In this document: in pieces, positions 32,342 to 35,656 of the stretch
How the letters are laid out: every line of letters begins with the position of its first letter
Numbering within the stretch: position 1 is the first letter of the stretch
From: Cladosporium halotolerans
Lineage: Eukaryota
Direction of reading: 5' to 3'
DNA: 35,656 bases
Assembly (NCBI RefSeq): GCF_011745625.1
Contig: NW_027191524.1
Location: 1-35,656 of the forward strand
Program-made: the position numbers and the translations under genes
The notes under the pieces: generated by a model
The model's database searches: none
What the model saw: only the letters and a program-made list of their open reading frames with translations
Told to the model about the DNA's origin: nothing

Positions 32342-35300
32342 TTTTTTTTTTTTTTTTTTTTTTTTTGAATCATATTGTATGCAAGCTATGTAGCTTATGA
32401 CAACCCCTAGCTAGTTACTAGAAGACTTCTCGTTCCCGAATGTGCCCTTGCCTCGTCTTATCTCTTATGCTCCTGCTCGCCGTCCCGACTCTATCTAGCC
32501 GACACGGCTTTTGGGCTCGATGCCCTCCTACTGTCCTATCTCCCTGATTTGTTGCACCTTCATCTACCGTTTCGCTCCACTGACTCTTCACTCATCCCCT
32601 CGCTTCCATCAAGTCGGTCCATGTCCCATTCATCGATGACTCCTGCTTCCCTGTCTTCCTTCCTCTTTCCCACGGCGGTGTGATCGAGGAATCGGAGCAC
32701 TGCTTCCGCTGCGCCTTCTCCAAAAAGTAGCTGAAGATCTGACGTGTCTCTCCGTGCCGAGATCTTGATCTTTTTTCGATGCATGTCCCTCAGCATCACA
32801 TCACGCTCTCTCCTCCACTTCCTGCATGCCATCAGTAGGTGGACGACAGTCTGTTTGCTGCTGTTGCACCACCAGCAGCGTGCATCTTGTGCTTGTTTGG
32901 TCCTGAGAAGATACTCGCCGGTTATGGCATGGCCCGATTTGAGCTGCAGGTATCTTGCCGTCACTGACTTCTTGCCATCACTGATAATTTTGCTGATCTT
33001 CGATGCACGCTTCCACCTCGCTTTGTTCGACTGCGTCACGTACGAGAGTGATGCTGATCGCAAAGCCTTCGGTTGCCTTGTTGCTGCAAGCCTTGCTGCA
33101 GCCCTCACGGACTCCATGCGCTCTACACTGTCATCTGTGGGCAGCTGTGACAGCGTCACTTGATCGCCCCGTTCTTGGATGGATCTGATCTGGTGTTTGA
33201 TATCCCGGATCAACGGCGTAGTCCAACAGCTTGCTTTGCCAATGGCATACAAGGCCTGGCGTGAGTCGGACAGTATCTCAACGCATCGTGTTGTAGTAGT
33301 GGTTCGTGGCGGTGAGAGCCGGCATATACGAACAGCCATGTGGACTGCGTAGAGATCGGCGTCAAGCATCGTAAGGTATTTGCCAAGCGAGTCCGCCTTC
33401 ACCTTGTCTCTGTTTCCTGCCAGCCAGCCGACAGCCGCTCCAAAGCTGGTGTCCTTGGCTGCGCATGCGAACAGGGTGATCTTGTCGGGATCACAGTCGC
33501 GATGTTCCTCTGATAGCTTTTGTGGTTGTCCGCCAATGTTGATTGCGACGGCCATGTTTGGGGCGTCCACTTTCTCAAGCAGGTCGAAGCCGTGTTCGGT
33601 ATCGTATGTTACATGTCTTGACAACTGTTGGGCCAGTCGGCTTCCAAATAACCGGTGTACTTTGTCCGGCCTGGTCCAGCCAACACTTGATGGTAGCCCA
33701 GTCGCTCCCTCGTGCCGGTACAGCTCGCCGAAGCGGAAGTTTGCAGGCAAGAGCTGGTGCGTTGGATGGTCTCGGGCTGCGGTGAGCACGCGTGTCGCAA
33801 ATCGTGTTTGTCTCTGGTCCAAAAGGTCACCAGCGTACGGCAAGCATGCAGTTTTCAGTAGAAATGCTATCGGTGTGGATTTCAGCAGCCCTGTGATAGC
33901 TCGCGCTTGGCTGTTCAACAATAGTTGCAGCCCTCGCTCTAGATCTTTCTGGCCTCTCCACCACACTTCTGCCCCGAACAAAGCAACGGAGCTTACTGCT
34001 GCAATGGCTAAGCGCCTCATGAGCCTGATGGATAGGCCCCCGTTTCGTCTGCTGAGGCTTGCCACGGCTTGTAGTGCACCCTTGGCGCTGGTGATACGCT
34101 TCTCAAAGTGCGTCTTGAAAGTCAGCTTCGAGTCGAGCCAGAAGCCAAGCCACTTGGTCGCTCCCTGGTTGATGGAGCACGAATGGTCGCCGATCCGGAC
34201 AGTCGCTTGCTTTGCGGCCTGGAGAACCTTCCGCTTCTTGCTGAAAATCAAGACTTACGTCTTGCTCACCTCGAACTCGACCTTGTTGGCCGCACCCCAT
34301 TCTATTGCGTGTGCGGCGATGCGTTCAAGCTCTCGTGTGCCTCCATCCAAGGTGTCACATTGGAGCAGCAGGCCGATATCGTCCACGAATGAAAGCGAGT
34401 GCAACTTGGGATGTCTCTCCTCGAGCCATTGAAACATGGCGCTGACTGAGAGGATGAACAGCACAGGCGAAACTGGCGAGCCTTGGGGCAGGCCGGCCTG
34501 TATGCCGTGTGTCTCTCCCATTCTGCCGTCGATGACCAGCATCGCCCTCCGGTCTGACATGAAAGACTCGACCCAGCGGATGATGTTGCCGGCTATGCCG
34601 ACCTCAACCATTCGCCGGAGCAGCTGGTGCTTGTTGACCCGGTCATAGGCGCCTTTAACGTCCAGCAGCAGCGCGAGCACCGCTTGTTTCCGCTCCCAGG
34701 CAGCCTCGACCCTCGCTACAAGCTGAGAAACCGCGTCTGCGGTGCCTCGAGCCTGGCGAGAACCGAATTGTCCGCAATGGAAGAACTCGTTCGTCTCACA
34801 AAATGACGCAATCAGCGTCGCCACCACTCTCTCCACGACTTTGCCGAGGCAGCTGAGCAGGCTGATGACACGATATGCCTTGGCAACCGTGTAGGTCGGC
34901 TTGCCTTGCTTCCGCAGCAGGATCCCTTTGGCTATCTTCCAGGTGCAAGGGTGGAATCCAACTCTGATGCAGCCTTGGACCAGTGACACGATCCGTTCCT
35001 TTGCCCACCGCCATAGCAGCCGGAGCGCTTTGAAGCCGAGGCCGTCCAGTCCCGGTGCTTTCTTGACCGGTTGTGCGAAGAGGGCATCCCGCACTGCTTT
35101 TGCGTCAACGTGGACAACAGTATCCGGTATGGTGACGTCGTCGCCAACGTCCGTCTGGCACGGAAAGGCTTGGCTCATGAACACCTTTTCCTTCTCCTCG
35201 GCGCTCGATGCGATTGAATCTGGCTGGCCCTCGGAACCATTGACCTTGATGGCTGGCGTGTACGAAGGCGTCTGCGGCTTTGTGTAGCGCAGTGCCTTCC

Positions 35301-35656
35301 AGCACCTGTCACTGTCGACAACGTTCTGCGCATCGTCGTCCGTTGGAAATAACCCCTCCAAGAAGCGCTCCCAGCTCTCTCGCTTCGCTCTCCGGATGTG
35401 GCAGTAATATGCATTCCTGATCTGGCAGTATTCCGTGAAGTGCATGGTCGCCTCCTTGAACTGGCGTCGGGCTTGGCAGAACCTCCTTCTTTCCTGCTTG
35501 ATCTCATCTGTCCACCATCTCTTCGAGTGCGTGTGCAGGGGCTTTCTCGGAGCGTGGCTGTCGAAGACTGCCTTTAGGCTGTCTTGGATCCAACACGCTT
35601 CACCTTCAAGATCTTCCGCTGTCGCGCTGGCTCCGATACATGCCCTTTCTCGATCA
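32342..35656 (-). mobile_element. Tad-like LINE with poly(A) tail; 5' part lies beyond the window
   Basis: T25 on + at 32342-32366, a ~190-nt 3' UTR, and ORF2 open to the window edge. Confidence 0.94.
32560..35655 (-). pseudogene. LINE ORF2 (RT, RNase H-like, CCHC), partial, with a single in-frame stop
   Basis: SKRWW, KAPGLDG, YRVISLLSCLGKVVE, LDVKGAYD, GLPQGSPVSP, FVDD, KWLGFWLD, QLKSGHA and RCWWC...TVVHLLMAC. The only lesion seen is TAA at 34255-34257, and the frame continues on both sides. Confidence 0.92.

Noticed and set aside
33380..34432. 350-aa plus-strand ORF and other antisense ORFs over the TEs and TF
   Set aside because: These are shadow frames of GC-rich coding sequence with no independent motifs.
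1..35656. Starship cargo, secondary-metabolite cluster or retron/DGR-type RT system
   Set aside because: There is no tyrosine-recombinase captain and no PKS/NRPS or other backbone enzyme in the window, and all RTs are ordinary non-LTR type. Location inside a larger element cannot be excluded from this window alone.

Overview
This is fungal (Pezizomycotina-type) genomic DNA, judged from short GT-AG introns with CTRAC branch sites, Zn(II)2Cys6 regulators, Tad1-like LINEs and Fot1/pogo transposons. About 42% of the window is transposon-derived. There are four Tad-clade LINE pieces: a 3' fragment (4783-6077), a near full-length copy (11818-~17560), an internal RT fragment (17574-18044) and a poly(A)-tailed copy running off the right edge (32342-35656). 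There are also two complete Fot1/pogo DNA transposons with TIRs and TA duplications (26808-28666, 28851-30984). Apparently intact host genes are an SDR oxidoreductase, a GPR1/FUN34/YaaH transporter, a 1041-aa Zn2Cys6 transcription factor and an HhH DNA-glycosylase-like protein. Broken host genes are two Zn2Cys6 relics, a RecQ-family helicase, a DUF1989 protein and a small Cys/His protein. I found no clear novel multi-gene system. The most interesting leads are paired ACGCGT (MCB-like) motifs at the 5' ends of three unrelated TEs, a conserved LINE 3' stem-loop with different trinucleotide tails, degenerate LINE RNase H active sites, a 14 x 8-aa repeat in LINE ORF1, two stop-free in-frame introns in the TF, and TE insertions whose flanks do not match. 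All family assignments come from motif recognition by eye, not database searches.
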